Shown here one piece after another: positions 1 through 13,682 of a stretch of DNA of 64,000 nt. Positions within the stretch are counted from its first letter, which is position 1, and the number at the start of each line of letters is the position of its first letter. The stretch is from Sphagnum compactum (taxonomy: Eukaryota). Under the pieces are notes generated by a model. That model was not told where the DNA came from. It did no database searches and saw only the letters and a list, made by a program, of their open reading frames with translations. Made by a program: the position numbers and the translations under genes. The DNA lies in the NCBI GenBank assembly GCA_965153455.1, contig OZ234493.1, forward strand, positions 29,688,213-29,752,212, read 5' to 3'.

Positions 1-620
1 TGGTTTGGCTTGACTGGAATCAATATTGCCTACCCAACAACATTGTTTTGTTGATCAATGTGGACAAATTTGACCCCAATCTCATCCTTGTCAACATCAA
101 CAAGTCAAGACCTTAGTATAGATTTCAGGATGCAGCTACCATAAGATTGGAAGTTTAAATACAAGGGGGAAGAAATGAGATAATGGGTCTCCATAGGGAA
201 ACCTTACTAAAATTTCTCCAAAGGGAAACCATAACAAAATTTATCTACATGAAACCCCACCAAATCGTTTTTATAGGGAAGCACTATTAAAATTTCTCCA
301 CATGGTGATATTTCTGAATTCATTGTGGGGAACTATTACCAGAATCCAATTGCAACAACAATTGGTTAAGATTGATAGAAAACTGGAACCATTTGCAAAT
401 TTTGGAACATTGGAATCCCCTATCAAACAAATTCTATAGGGAAACCTTTTTGAAATTCCCTATAGGGAAACATTATCGAAGTTTCTCCAAATGGTGATAT
501 TATCGAAAATTCATTACACGAACATACTACTGAAATTCAACTAGATCATGCAACACCTTGTTAACATTGGCACAAAACCAAAATCAATTACATATTTTAG
601 ATCATTGGAATTGGCTATAG
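1..620 (+). mobile_element. Degenerate Ty3/Gypsy-like LTR retrotransposon remnant (integrase C-terminal region followed by tandem repeats)
   Basis: Bases ~55-115 translate as a decayed '(V)DKFDPNLILVNINKSRP*', resembling the 'VNINKLKPY'-type end of Gypsy integrases. Repeated 'tagggaaac...aaatttctcca' units follow, with a ~190 bp duplication (~270-420 vs ~460-610). Confidence 0.5.
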
Positions 621-1759
621 ATTTTGGAACAATGGAATAAGCTACAAATTTTGTAACATCAAATTTCCAGTCTCACAATGGCGTTGCCTTAAGTATTTAG
701 AAGAATCCATGAACATTTCATGAGCATTACTTGTAATCCCCAATATTACATTGTAATTATTTATTTCAACACATTGACATAGTGCACATTGGTCATTATA
801 ATGATCCTATCCAAAACAAAACAATAGTTACCTTGCCTGAATATGCAAGCCACTCCATTTTCATAGGTCACATGTACCATGCACCCTTCATGATCATCAA
901 CTGGATAATGGTTGTCATATGCCCACACGCTTTTGTACATATAAGGAAAAAGATATCACATTAGGGTCAACATCCACCCCATTAGCAATATGCACCCTTA
1001 TGATGTTCAACAACCAAGTTGCAAATGATGGGATATCTTGTGCCAAGTGATTTGACCATTGTATATTCCCTCATGCTCAACACCCACCCATTGCCCTTCT
1101 ACGAAATTCCATACAATCTTGATGCAATGTAAAGCATGCCTTGTGTCACTCTTTGCACCCATGTCCCATCCCATTACACCAAATTAGACAATGTCCAAAT
1201 GTATAGGACAATCCACTATATTGCTACCCACCACCAATTCACGTCTAAGCCTAAACCATTTGCATCCTCACCAAACCATTATGGTTTCACCAAGATTGGA
1301 ACCCAAGTTAGTCAAACTAGTCAATAATCAAACTAGTCAACTTGGAGAGGGTTGCTTGGGAGGAACCCTTCCAAGCTAGCTTCTTGAATTTCCTTTTAAA
1401 AAATCGAATTTTGATAGCAATTTGAAAATTTTCAAGCTCAAATTTTATATTTGATAACTTATTTGATTTTTTGTGTTTAATTTTTATATAAATAGTATGG
1501 AATTTAACCACATTGAATGAGATTTGAGTGTAAGGATGAATCATCATTTGAATGGATGATAGATCAAATTGACTAACCAAATGAAATGAATTTTTAAGGA
1601 AAAAAATGAACCCAAGCAATCTATGTCTATGGATGAAACTAAGTAACTTCATGGTGAATTAACATGTACTAGGTGATGGGGGTTTCCCGGCCACAAATTG
1701 TGGTGTATGATTGAATTAAAATATGTTCTCAATCCCATTCCCCCTATCATGAATCATAG

Positions 1760-2420
1760 ATAAAATTTCATGAATGAAATTTAAAGGAACTTTCATGATG
1801 AAAAGAATTTCATGAAATTTTATCCATGAAAGTTCAGCCATTCATACATTGAATTTTTACAAATGATATTTCATGGATGCTTAGCCATAAATCATGGATG
1901 AATTTAATGCATGAAACAAAAACATGAATGAAAATAAATTCATGGATGAAGCAAAAATTGAAAATGATATTTCCTAGGTGAAACTTTACTTCATGGTAAA
2001 GTATACTGAAATTTCATTCATGGAAGTCCATCCATTTTTCCATGGAATTTCACCATGGAATCTAGATGGATTTTAATGTTTGAAGAAACTCTAAATGGAT
2101 TACTTATGGATAATAAAAAACTCTAAATGATATTTCATACATGAAATTTATTTTGATTCAATATACCATGAAACTCCTTAATGGTTGTTTCATTCATCCA
2201 TTAAGGAGAAATTACATCTAGTTGGGTCATTTCACATCCAATAAGAATCCACGACCTTGATTTGGACATAACTTATATATTCATCCAATCAATGGGATTA
2301 AATTCTTCCATCAAAATCGGTGTCATCCATGGACAAAGATTGTGTTAGTCCATAATTTATTTTTTTCCATTTGGTCAATCAATTTTACCTATCATCCATT
2401 TGGATAATGATTTATGCTTG
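1760..2420. repeat. Degenerate AT-rich repeat built from ttcatggatgaa/ttcatccatgaa motifs
   Basis: Many direct and inverted copies of catggatga/tcatccat/ttcatgaa; no ORF. Confidence 0.6.
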
Positions 2421-3677
2421 CATTGGCATCACATTCAATAGGCTTAAATTGCACACTGTTTATAAAGATTGAACACACAAAAAGAAACATAAAATTCAAG
2501 CTGGAAACCTGTCATCAAAATGCAATTAGAAAAAATAATCTCTAGAGGTGCTCGCTTGAAAGGGTTGCTCTCAAAGGTTACAAGAGCCATCAAATGGGGG
2601 AAAATACAGGGGGGGTTTGAGTGCATTCCTGAAATTTTTGGCAGCCTTCTTTGTTGGGGGCAGAAAAGGAATACATTTCATGTGTTGGGTAGACCATAAA
2701 ATTTTAATCCTGGAAATTTTGAAGAGCACTTTGGGCAGTCAAGTGGATTTGGTGAGTTGGCAACATAGCATTGGTGATGTGGAGTTGGCGAACTTGGTGA
2801 TATGAAGTGGACAATGTGGCAGAAGTGTGCTTGGTGACTTTGCACACTGGACTTGGCAATTTGGGAAAGTGAACTTGGAAATCTAGAGCTGAGCAAATGG
2901 CATTCCGTAGGAATCGACTTTGTGAAATGCAAAGAGTGTCTGACCCAACCAGAAAAGATTGGACATCAAACAAACATCCTGATAACGTTGTGCCATTGAG
3001 ACCCTCTATTCAACACTCCATTAACTAACCGGGAATAGACAATTGTGATAAAATGCAGACAACCAAATCTCTGATCAATTGTAACATGTTGGACATGGGG
3101 TGGGAAGGTTGCAAAATGACGACATATGATGGATCATATGCACTCGAGTGTTTAAGGAAACAATTGTGCCAACTACGAAAACAATGCAAAATAACGAATG
3201 CTCAGACTCTTGTGATCAATAAGAGACATCAAGAGGAAATAGAGTGGAACCCTTTAAAACGCTTTTTGGGCTTGTTGGGATAACTTTGTAAACAATGGAA
3301 AAACTACCCTTGCCATCAAAATCAATGAGAGACAAGTTCAGCTCAGACTTTAATGACACAGAACACAAGACTTAATGATTGCTGTTTCTCAATGATAGTA
3401 GCTAGAGAAATGGAGGATCTAGTGGTTGAGAAAGTCAGCAAACCTCAAACTGAAATCTCCAAATTTTAATCAGAAAACTGTTCTCAATATGAACATTCAC
3501 AGCATTTATAACTTCCATACAGCAATTTCTGACATTTTAGGCAACCTATACCCAGAACTCTCCATTTATGCAAGCCTTGCACTTACATTGGCAATTCTCT
3601 TTTTTAGTAGTCCAGATGGCAATACTGACTGTGTGAAGCATTTCTAGATCCAGCAACCAAAATTGTCACCCATTTCC

Positions 3678-6600
3678 TCAATCCTGCTGGCATGCAATTT
3701 CTGGAGCTTTCCTTTTGCGTCGTTTTTTCTCCACAAATTTGGCAAGGCGATTACATGCCATTTGAAGCTGATTTGGGGGCATTGATGCATAGCATACCCT
3801 GAAATATCCTGGTTCAGCATAATGGCAGGCTTCACCTGGATACAAATGCATGATTCTGTTACATGGCCCAGGCTTTCAATGAACTTGGAATGAAGCTACC
3901 ACAAAATCACAAAAAAAAAATCAGAATCCAGTGCTCATAGGGACTCCAAAGGCAAGCATCCTATCCCAAAAGCCCACCTTGACATCAATTGCTGGCGATA
4001 TAACTAACATTGGATGATTCCAAAATGAAATTTCTACTGGAGTGAGATTACTGTGCTCAGTAACACAAACCTGGTGTAAGGACTATTCGACATTCATCAA
4101 GAATCTCTTTCCAAAGGCACACCTCTGCCTTAAATGTTGACTGCAAGACAAAGTCAGACAGTAAATTATACACCTTCAGCAAATCTCAAGACAAAAATGT
4201 GAGAGTGTATGGAAGTCACTAGACTACACTGTTGAGAAGACACAAAGAAAGTTCTTTAAAAAGTACTGTTACCCTATGACTCTGGTTTGGAGCCATGATA
4301 TTTTTTGTCAGTCTATATCAAACTTTCATGTGAAGACAAGGTCCAAACTTCCATTCCAAATTTAACTCTGAACGGAAAGCATTGCATGCTCAGGGATCAG
4401 AAGCACATGAATGCAGCAGCTGTGCATTGACCACATCTATGATTATATTGTCTACAGCATAAATGCACATTGTGCAAAGCTGCTGTTGTACTATTACATA
4501 CTTGGTTGGAAGGTCATCATTAGCTTCAGAATGGCCACAATCTATAAAATACTTTAGTTTTGTTCAATGAAGTTGTGAGTTTTTACCCATTCTATGCAAG
4601 GCAGGAAGATGTGTCCAAGCAGTGAGGGGATAGTTAAGCTACTGTGCACCATCTACCTACTTGCTTTGAAACCCTACCCATGGATCCATTTTCATGGTAG
4701 CAAACAGAAAGCCTGGACAAATCAGGGAGGAAGGATGAAACAGACCTCAGTCAAGAGGGTTCTGAGGTCAAGCCAGCAAAACATGGCTGCACATGCTGGC
4801 ATGTACTTGAGCTTTGCCATCTCCAATGACCTTGTAAGCAGTTCGTATGAATTCTTCAGTCGCCTGCTTGTACCATCAAACAGATTGCAACCCTCTGATT
4901 CCAGGACTTGAACTAGAATGCCATATCATTTCACTTGATCCTAACAGAATTCTGTCATCAGTTTCAACTATCTGAACCTTAGATTCTCCGAGTATCTGAC
5001 ATGTATACAGAAGATAATCCAGCTATGACAACAGGGATACACATACTCTTTGTCATGGGGCCCCAAGTTCAACACTGACAGCATTTCAGTCTTGAGAAAA
5101 TGAGAAGTGAAAGTCTGTACCGGTTGTTTTCTGCAACATAAGAATCCACAAACAATTCATCTTCCAACATGATGGCAAGAGCATGTTGTGTGTCATTCGA
5201 TACTGCTGCAAACATACCCATATTTTGCCAAAACTGCAGATATCCAAACCATGAACATTACTGTCTGGAGCACAACATCTTCAACAGACATCCCATTATC
5301 CAAACAATTGTGATTGTACAGAAAAGTGAGGTGATAAAGGCAACATGTACATGAAGCTTGCAAGGAATATTCTGAATTCTGAGAACTTCAAGAACACTGG
5401 TTTGTGATCCAGACCTAGATTATGGTAAATTTCAAAATTGCAAAAACGCAGACATGGCATGTTCTCTGGCTGCATTTTCAAAGCATATCACACTTGGGAC
5501 TCTGTTCATCTTCACAAATCTCAGATTGGATAACCAGGAGGCCAGCAAAAACCCATTTGCACGCAGAAGCATAGAGGATAGCACCTGTTTCAGTTGTTTA
5601 CCAGTGTTTAATATGTCCAGTAATACCCCTTTAGAGGCCATTACAAACAGAAAGAAAAGAGTTAGAAGATTATGCTTGCCTCAAGAAGGTCTTTGCTTTT
5701 GGTATGCAGACAACCCACACGGAAGCCATTCATGCCAAAATCTTTGCTCATACCATATGCAGTGTGTACAAGTTCAGCAACAAGCTCAGCTGACAAAAGA
5801 TTCTCTTTCACTGCATTGCTTGCCACCTTCTCCAAGCTCACAAACTCATCAACTGATACCCTACAAAAGCAACACCCTCTTATATCTCAGCAGCAACAGA
5901 ACACCACTCTTTCTTGAGGACTTCCACACAGCCCAAATATTTGGGACATGTCTACAATTGTATCCATATGGCCCATCAATTGTATGGAATAGATAATCTG
6001 TCTATGTGCAGTGTCTTCCACTGTAACAACCAGAAACTCTACTTAGCCCTCCTGGCCTTCCAAAATACTGTCTGCAAGCCATTACTCCTGACACACACTA
6101 TACACCAGAGAATGCCAAGCATCAGGGTGTGTGGACTTGAGCTTTGAGGTAGAGGATTCACAGGTTCCCCTAAATTGATAAGCAGAAATAAGTAAAAGCA
6201 CAATGGAGTTACCCAAACTTGGAATTTGCATAGATTTCATCTGATAGAACATGGAGTCCCCGATTCACAGCCCATAACAGGAGCTCCTGGCACAAAACAT
6301 CACCAAAAGATTCAGAATTTCCACAGAAGTTAGCGAAAGCTAAAAACCTGGTACTAAATGATATCTGTTAAATTGGCAAGGTCTCCACACCATGGCTGAT
6401 ATTGTCAACAAAATTGGAATAAAAGAAGGAAGTCCACCAAACTCTCCAGGACCTCATAAGAAAGATCCATGATGAAGAAGAACCAGAATTCACCTCCCTA
6501 AACACTCACTCCTCACACTCTCAATCTCCTTTTCTGCTATGTTGTCAAGATCTTTGAGTTCTGTGAGCTATCATATGCTAGCACTCTTAATTTTCAAACA

Positions 6601-8976
6601 CACTTTGTGCAAAAGAACTGTGAACCTTCTGGTGCCTGCATCTCCCATTCTGGCAGAGAGGATTAAATGAAAAACCATACCTTTAAGGTTGCTTCAGGAT
6701 AAAGTGTTCCCAGCGGGTTTCCTGGATTAGTGATGAGAAGCATGCGAGCATTGATTCCTCGCTTTGCTGCCTCCACCACTGCATCTTCCATCTCAGCAGC
6801 TGTTGGAATGTAGGTCTGGGTATTGCCAGGTTGAACAGGTATTGGAATCACCTCATTCTGCAATGCCATCATGATACCATTTTCAAGAAGGTCTGCAATA
6901 GCCAAGAGATAATTTTGGAAGTAGAAAACTTTGCACTATTTTACACTTTTAATCCAGATTTGTCCATCCTGTACTCTGCTCTCAACTTGAAACCCTCCCA
7001 TATAATTCATCTTGGAAAACCATTTACAGGATCTCTGCAAGATGAGGCTCATGACCCAATAGAAATTCTAATCTGGATCATCAACTATGAGACAGACCAA
7101 CTGCAATGAGCAGAAACTGCAAGCAAATGGCTTCTATCTCATGAAGAACATGTAACACAAAAACAGAAAACACTACTGTCTAAAACTCACCCTAATAGCC
7201 ATGTCATTGTCAAAGGCTGGAAAGTAAGGAGCAGGAATGAGGCAGCCCTCTCCTGGATTGCAAGCAGCAAAGAAGAAGAGGTCCAGAACACTGTACTTCC
7301 ATCATCCCACACAATTTCACATTACAAATCTATGTTCTGAAGTGATGTGAAATTTTCTCACTTCAGAACCATCTGCACGCTAATAAATATGACAGCTCAT
7401 GAACAGTTCAGAACTGATACAACTACTTGAAAATATGTCTCAAAACACAGCTAGAGAAGGAAACACAAGGAGAAGAAGCTTCCTAATCTTACGCAGTGAC
7501 TCCACTTGAAATGCAAATGTGAGAAGGATTGACCTGCACAATGCAGTGAGAAATTGCATCATCAACATTTACAACTTGGTGATCCATCCATTGAAGAACC
7601 ATAAATCAAGATTTTAACTGTTGCACATGAAAAGCCAGTACTCCATAACCTATGAACAGCAAGTACGTTTCTTTTCACACCAACTGTATGAACATGTTTA
7701 CCTCCACACCCATGAAGGTTCTTTGCATCATCCTTGCAATTGCATTCCGTAATCGTTCACCTCCTCTGAAGTTGCCATACAAACCCACTGTTGCTGGCAC
7801 CTCCCGACAATTCCTGCCATCAAGCAGAAAGAATTCATCTGAACCATAAATAAGTAGATTTGTGTCTTTTATCGATCTTGCATCATGGGTCACAGTCGTA
7901 AAGCCAACATGCAGCTCATGGCAAACAAGGTTGTAACTGTATCTAGCCACAGAATCTAGAAAAAGTTTTTCCACCATATGATTTAGGGCAATCTGGTGTG
8001 GCTCATGCTAAGGGGTCTATGTGAATACAATTTCAGCCTTGCACTTCTGTCCCCTAATCTTTAACCTTGCATCCATGAATATGTTGTGAGAGAAAAAGGA
8101 CCAGTGAAGATCATCCATGACGAGCTGGAGACCCAATTGATATGATGAGAGACAACAAAGCAAAATTGTATGATTCTGCCAACTGGATTCTAGGAAAGAA
8201 GAAGCACTAGTAACTTGAGCATAAAGTTCCCCCTACCGTATCTTCTCATGGATAAGGTCGAAAGACAAGACACTTTCTGCTGTCGCCATCTGTCCAGCCC
8301 ACCACACATTTTTCTCTTACTCCACTTGAAGAGAACCAGAAATCCAAATGTACACAAGACATGCAAACATGTATTGTTCACCCTTCAACTAAGCAAGATA
8401 CGAGCAAACTCACTCATGAAATGTCCAAAACCTTGTCCAAGCAGCATTTGTGTTGCATTGGAACAGGAAAAGGGAAGCTCTATCTGTACAAATTTTCACT
8501 TTCAATTGGAGACAATCAACAGGCATCCAGTATAGATAGTGACATTGTGTACACTTTTGAAACCCACCCTTCCTCCAAAATCCATATGAAAACCTTCACG
8601 CCTTGCCAAGCTGTGGACCCTAATCTCATTTTGAGTCCACAGCTAAACTAGGCATTTCGGCAAGAAACCTTAAAACCCTAATTGTAACATCAGTAGCAAA
8701 TGTGCCACGATGTCTCAAAGTTCGTTACCAAGCCCCTAAGGTCTGCTCAAAGATCTGACAGAAACAAAGAACAGTATGGATATCGTAAGAGGAACCTCTC
8801 ACCAGAAAGTAACCATCAGGATTGGTAGGTGACCATTGATCTGCCTTTGCGTCATTTACAGCTTGAATGTAGGGAGAAAATGGTGTCAGTGCCTTACTTC
8901 CTCTGAGTGACAAACTGGTTCCCCCTTTCCCTGCTGCATGATGATTCCCATCTTTCGTCGCTCCATTTATTGGCAT
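3678..8976 (-). CDS. ACC synthase-like (ACS-like) PLP-dependent aminotransferase class I/II enzyme, 12 coding exons
   Basis: Exons (minus): 8976-8803, 8289-8237, 7813-7702, 7533-7493, 7290-7191, 6857-6681, 6286-6213, ~5860-5680, 5233-5121, ~4863-4746, 4140-4071, ~3836-3678 (TGA). Motifs: W-S-P-T-N-P-D-G, PAPYFPAFDND, LITNPGNPLG, SDEIYA, PLP lysine motif YGMSKDFGMNGFRVG, FCWLDLR, LTPG..C...EPGYFRVCYA. Confidence 0.9.
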
Positions 8977-9599
8977 GACTCGCAATTGCCTCAGACCCAG
9001 CAAGCTCACATCTCCGCTATAGGTCTGTCAAATGCCGTTGCACATCCGGCTTTCTCTCCCACCCAGTCTCTATCCTGATGCATACGAAATCAGCACCAAT
9101 AGTCCGAATCCTATTACCACGAACTGCTTCACCTCCAAACACACACTCCCTCTACATACTCACCCCTGGTTCAATTCTCTAGCTCTTGCAACTTATATCT
9201 CCATCTTTCCTTCCCTCTCCCTCTCTCTTTCGATACGGGATCAGAAACAGGGGAAGAAAAGTAGGCAAAGACAATCCCGAACCCTATCCACGCTCTTTAG
9301 GTCTACAAACACAAAACAAGTGGTAAACAACTCCCCCATAAACACCCACATCCGTAGAGCTATGAAACTGCAACAACAATACTCATATGTGCGCTATTCC
9401 TATGCCACTTTCGGCACTCCGTTGTCGGATGAGTGGCAATGATATATATCTTCGGCACCGCAAATTAGGAATCTTATTCTTCAAAAGCGATTCGGAAGTG
9501 GCTGTTCATTAGAGCAAACTGTGTTTCCTTAATTCGTCTACCCGCTCCGTTCAAGACGAGAAAGTGCGGTGCTGCACAGGCGTAGGAAGCCAAGCGGCG
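8977..9599. promoter_or_regulatory. Divergent (bidirectional) promoter and 5'UTR region
   Basis: Only ~620 bp separate the ATG of the ACS-like gene (8976, -) from the next ATG (9600, +). A CT/GA-rich tract lies at ~9200-9230 and a TATA-like gatatatatc at 9441. Confidence 0.55.
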
Positions 9600-12500
9600 A
9601 TGGCGGCTATTATACCTGTTACGGAAGCTGTCTCTCCCTTCGCGCTACGCCCTCACTCGCAAGATCCCTCCAAAGCTCGTTCGGCCATCTGCGGTTCCAG
9701 GCTGAAAAATTCCGGACTGACACACCTGCCTCTTGCAACGTCTCTGTCCGGTAAGTACATGTGCCTCGACACAGATCCTGTTCTATATCTTGTCGATCTT
9801 CTTTGAGGTTCTTGTGGTCCCGGAAGGTGTGATGTGTCTGTCTTTTTTTGGGGGCGCATTTAGGGATGCTCTTTTCGTCTGGTGGAATAGATTTTTTGCG
9901 TTCATAGATGGTCGTTTCACTTCGTGCAATGCCGGAGGTTGAAATTTCACAGTCGACATATGGGGAGATCATAGGTTTGAAGCAACTGGCTTCTTATTGT
10001 TGTGCGCTCTTTATCTGACGATTTGTCTTGAGAATTTAGTCGAGGACTGCTTTTAGAATTCCAAGGGATTGAATAAATCTCTTCAAGGAGCTTTGAGTAG
10101 GATAATGAGAGTGTTTGAACTCCAAGTATTTCCAATTTCACGTTGTTCAAATCTGTGTCTGGTATAAGAGGAGGAAAATGTTGTTCTGGTGACTCTGGAG
10201 AACTTACCGAGTCCGAGTTTATTCAAAACGTTGGTGGAACAATGCCATTGATCACCTACATATTTCTTTGTGTTTGCTTCTTTGATGATACTTGAGATCA
10301 AGGCAGATTCAACACAGTCGGTTTCAGCCATGAATTTTACTGTGTGCAGAAGTTGGTTCTATTATAATCTTGGGAATTTCATGACAAAGAATTGACTGGA
10401 GCATCTTTTTTCATGGAATGTGGATTCAAATTACAAGATCTTCCCTCCATGGGCCAGTGTTCCAGAGTACCATCTGCAGTATCATCTTGCATTCTAGGGT
10501 TTAAGCCTTAAGGTTGAAGAGTACTAGTGCCAGTTTCTGTGATATATTGTGTGTTCAAAGGTTTCAGGCATTGCGATTCAACAGTCCTTTAAGAATAGTG
10601 TAAGAAAGTTAAGATGGATACAGGTTTTCTCCATTGTTCAACTGGATGGCATGTTTTTTTCCTCAGGATGGTAAGTCATATCAGACTTGTCCACATAGTC
10701 CAAGACACAGAAGTTCTTGTACAGAGCTTCACTTATTTCATTGTCTTCTGGACCAAAGACATATTGTTGTTTCTACATGTGGAAAGCAGAACAAGGGCTT
10801 CTTGTCATAAGCCATGCAACAAACGGAAAGCCTACAAATGGGACATTTAGGGGCTCCAATAGCAAGTTTCCAAAATACAAAAGTGGAGGGCAGACTGGTG
10901 TAGATCCTTTGGGCCAGAGCTGGGATCCATGGAAGAAATCTGCGAAACCCTTGGAATCGGGAAGGTTGGGAAAGGATACTTTTTACAGAGACCACACAGC
11001 CGAATTGGAGGAGTTCAGTAATAGAGAAATAAATCCAAGCAAATATGGTGTGCAAGGGAATGAGGGGGAGGAACCTTACAGAATACTTGAGAATGGGCAA
11101 AAAGCTTATTTGGATGAGCTGGATGTGCTGACATTGCTGGATCCACCAGCCTTCATTCGCCCAATGGATTCCAGAACCTACAACCATGCTACCTTTCTCT
11201 GGTAACTGATGGACAAGAGCTTAAAAGTTTCAATCACTCCTCCCTAGGATGTATGTGAATGTTTGAACTTGCAGGGCTTCTTTGGAGCTATGATGATTCC
11301 CAAAAAGATTGAGCCTTCAGATTCTTATGGGTTGTAGGAAGAAGATTGGAGATATACCAGAGGAGCGCAGGCACCGACTGCTTGATTTGCTTGAGCCCAA
11401 GTAGGTTTGCACATGTTCACTCTTTCTGTTTGTATTTGGCCTCCTTGGAATTTGTGTGCGAGATACCAATGGCTTGAGTGTAATTGGACCAAAAGCTTTC
11501 TATATCCATCAATATCATGTCCTTGTCATAATGAAGCATAAGAGGGCAGCCAGCCTTTGCATGATTAGATATGGATCTCATCTTCCTGTGATGGTTGCTT
11601 GATCAATACCGTGCAGGCATATTTCATCCATGTGGAAGCTGTCCGGACTTAGGTATGATTTTCCAGACCTACTTGTGGAGGATGCTGCAGGGTTGCTCCC
11701 TAACAAAGCTATTGAGAAGCCACTCAAACCTATCATCTGGTCTGGGCAAGTGAATGAAGGTTAGAGGCATCTGAATCAGCATCTCTTTCTGTTAGAGATG
11801 TGAATATTGAGAATTCAAGATGTTCTCCTGAGTCTTCTAGTATGTATGCAGCAGTGTTAAATTGAAATCTTGCATCATGAGCCGTGATGTAACTTAAATG
11901 GGTTATCAGGTGTTATTTTGCTTATGACCATCCTCAGCAGAATATGAGCTGCCCATGACTTGTTGAAAGATCAATGTTCAATAGTGCCTTGTAGGACTAC
12001 ACTAAATGATAGGTCTACAAATTTCTTCAGGGTGAAATGCTATCTGGATTTTTCCATTTGTACACAGCTGCCTTCTCAAAGGCAGCTGAATTACATTACT
12101 GATTTTGTGGTTCTGCATGGGCGGTGTGCACTTGATACAGTGCCTTCCATTTTTGGCTGGCTCAGCCGATTCAAGAAGGTGAGACACAGGTGATTCTCAT
12201 TTTTTCTTTTTGGTGAAAATAATTTCCCTTCTGTTGAGCATCTTACCATACTATAGTGTTGGACCATGTTTTGGAATGTCCATTCAACTTTGCAGTGTCT
12301 TAATTGTTGCAGGCCTTTTTTGTCAGCAAGGACAAGGAGCTCTATGGCAGGGTCATTGTAGGCAAGGCTCATACCCAGTTTTCAGATATATTGACTGTGC
12401 AGGTCTTTAAAGGGGTAGCTGGCTCTCCCTTTTGTAAGAACGTACTAATTCAGGCAATTCCCATAGTTGCTCCAACCCTGGGTAGTACCAGGTTGCACAT

Positions 12501-13149
12501 ATGTCCCTTTACAATTCTTTGTGGTTGAGTTGGCAAATGAGATCATTTTTTGTTGAGAGGAGTGGCTCTCAATAAAAATTCTGCATCCCAGTTTCAATCT
12601 GATGTAGCAATTGCCTCAGTATGCCCAATATGCAGGAGGCCCTCTGCTAGAGGGAATTGGGCAATTATTTGCACCTCTTTATTTCCAAGTTAGGCCAGTC
12701 CAAATCGTGCCCGCAACAAATGAGACATGCGATTTGGCATTTTGCTATGGAGATGGGCATTTCGAACTTAAAGATGCTGTGCCAAAAGGGTATCCTCAGC
12801 CGGGTATGCACTGTTTTCCACATTTTGCAGTGATTTTGGGTCAGTGATTGCATAGTGGGAGCCTTGTGTTTCATCCTTTCCTCAAACATTTGAGGTAGGA
12901 CGTCATGGATAAACAGTCATGTTCATCTTCCTTTGTTGATCAAGATTGTGAGTGTGTGCATGCAATGTGACAGGGAGACAACCATGGCCCTTTGGCAATT
13001 CTTTCTTTGACTACATCCGAGCAGTAGGCCCAGGGGTACTTGTTGGCCAATCATGGTATGGAGCTTCACCCACCAAGGAGATGAGTCCTCGCAAATATCT
13101 TGGCGAGTTTGTTCTGATTCGTAACTTTGAGAAGACCACCAAGTTGTGA
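9600..13149 (+). CDS. Conserved land-plant protein of unknown function, probable plastid transit peptide, ~400 aa, 8 exons
   Basis: Exons: 9600-9750, 10790-11201, 11338-11400, 11617-11759, 12141-12178, 12313-~12361, ~12636-12803, 12974-13149. The N-terminus is Ser/Ala/Arg-rich (MAAIIPVTEAVSPFALRP...). The core YLDELDVLTLLDPP...YNHATFLWKKIGDIPEERRHRLLDLLEP...PWPF...YIRAVGPGVLVGQ resembles a conserved plant chloroplast family; a CGLD11/BFA3-like identity is possible but unverified. Confidence 0.8.
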
Positions 13150-13682
13150 CAGGCACTTAATACAGTTCATGAAATCACAAATGGCCCCCATATTTCACTC
13201 TGGATGCTTTTATCACAGTGCATTCCATGCTGTATCTGTTACTTGACCCTCAGGATAATGAGAATGGCGTACCTGAGATGCTGAGTATCTTCTAATGTGC
13301 TACCTTGTGGACAACTTGGAGTCAGCAGTTTGACATGGTATGTGACTATGTTTTTGACTTGTACAGTTCTTACACGGTTCAACATCTCTACAGTTTTATT
13401 TGTGTGCTTTTTTTGTGATCTTTCTTAACCATGAGATATTCCCACAAGTTAACAGATTGTTGTGGCTAAGTACCTTCCCAATGTTGGTTTCACAGACCTC
13501 TTTGGGGTCTCACGAGATTCCATTGTCCTTGAATTGATTATCTCTACCAGCAGCAGAAGCCTAGCACAATTACTTAATGTCTACGTTGTATCTGTGCTAA
13601 TCTCTCAACCTATGTCAACCAATATGATGCCTGTCACAAATTTCCCTCCTGTTTGTTAGAAATACTAATTGTTTCCAATTTG

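Noticed and set aside
5454..5996. 180-aa plus-strand ORF
   Set aside because: Antisense to ACS-like exon/intron sequence with no recognisable motifs.
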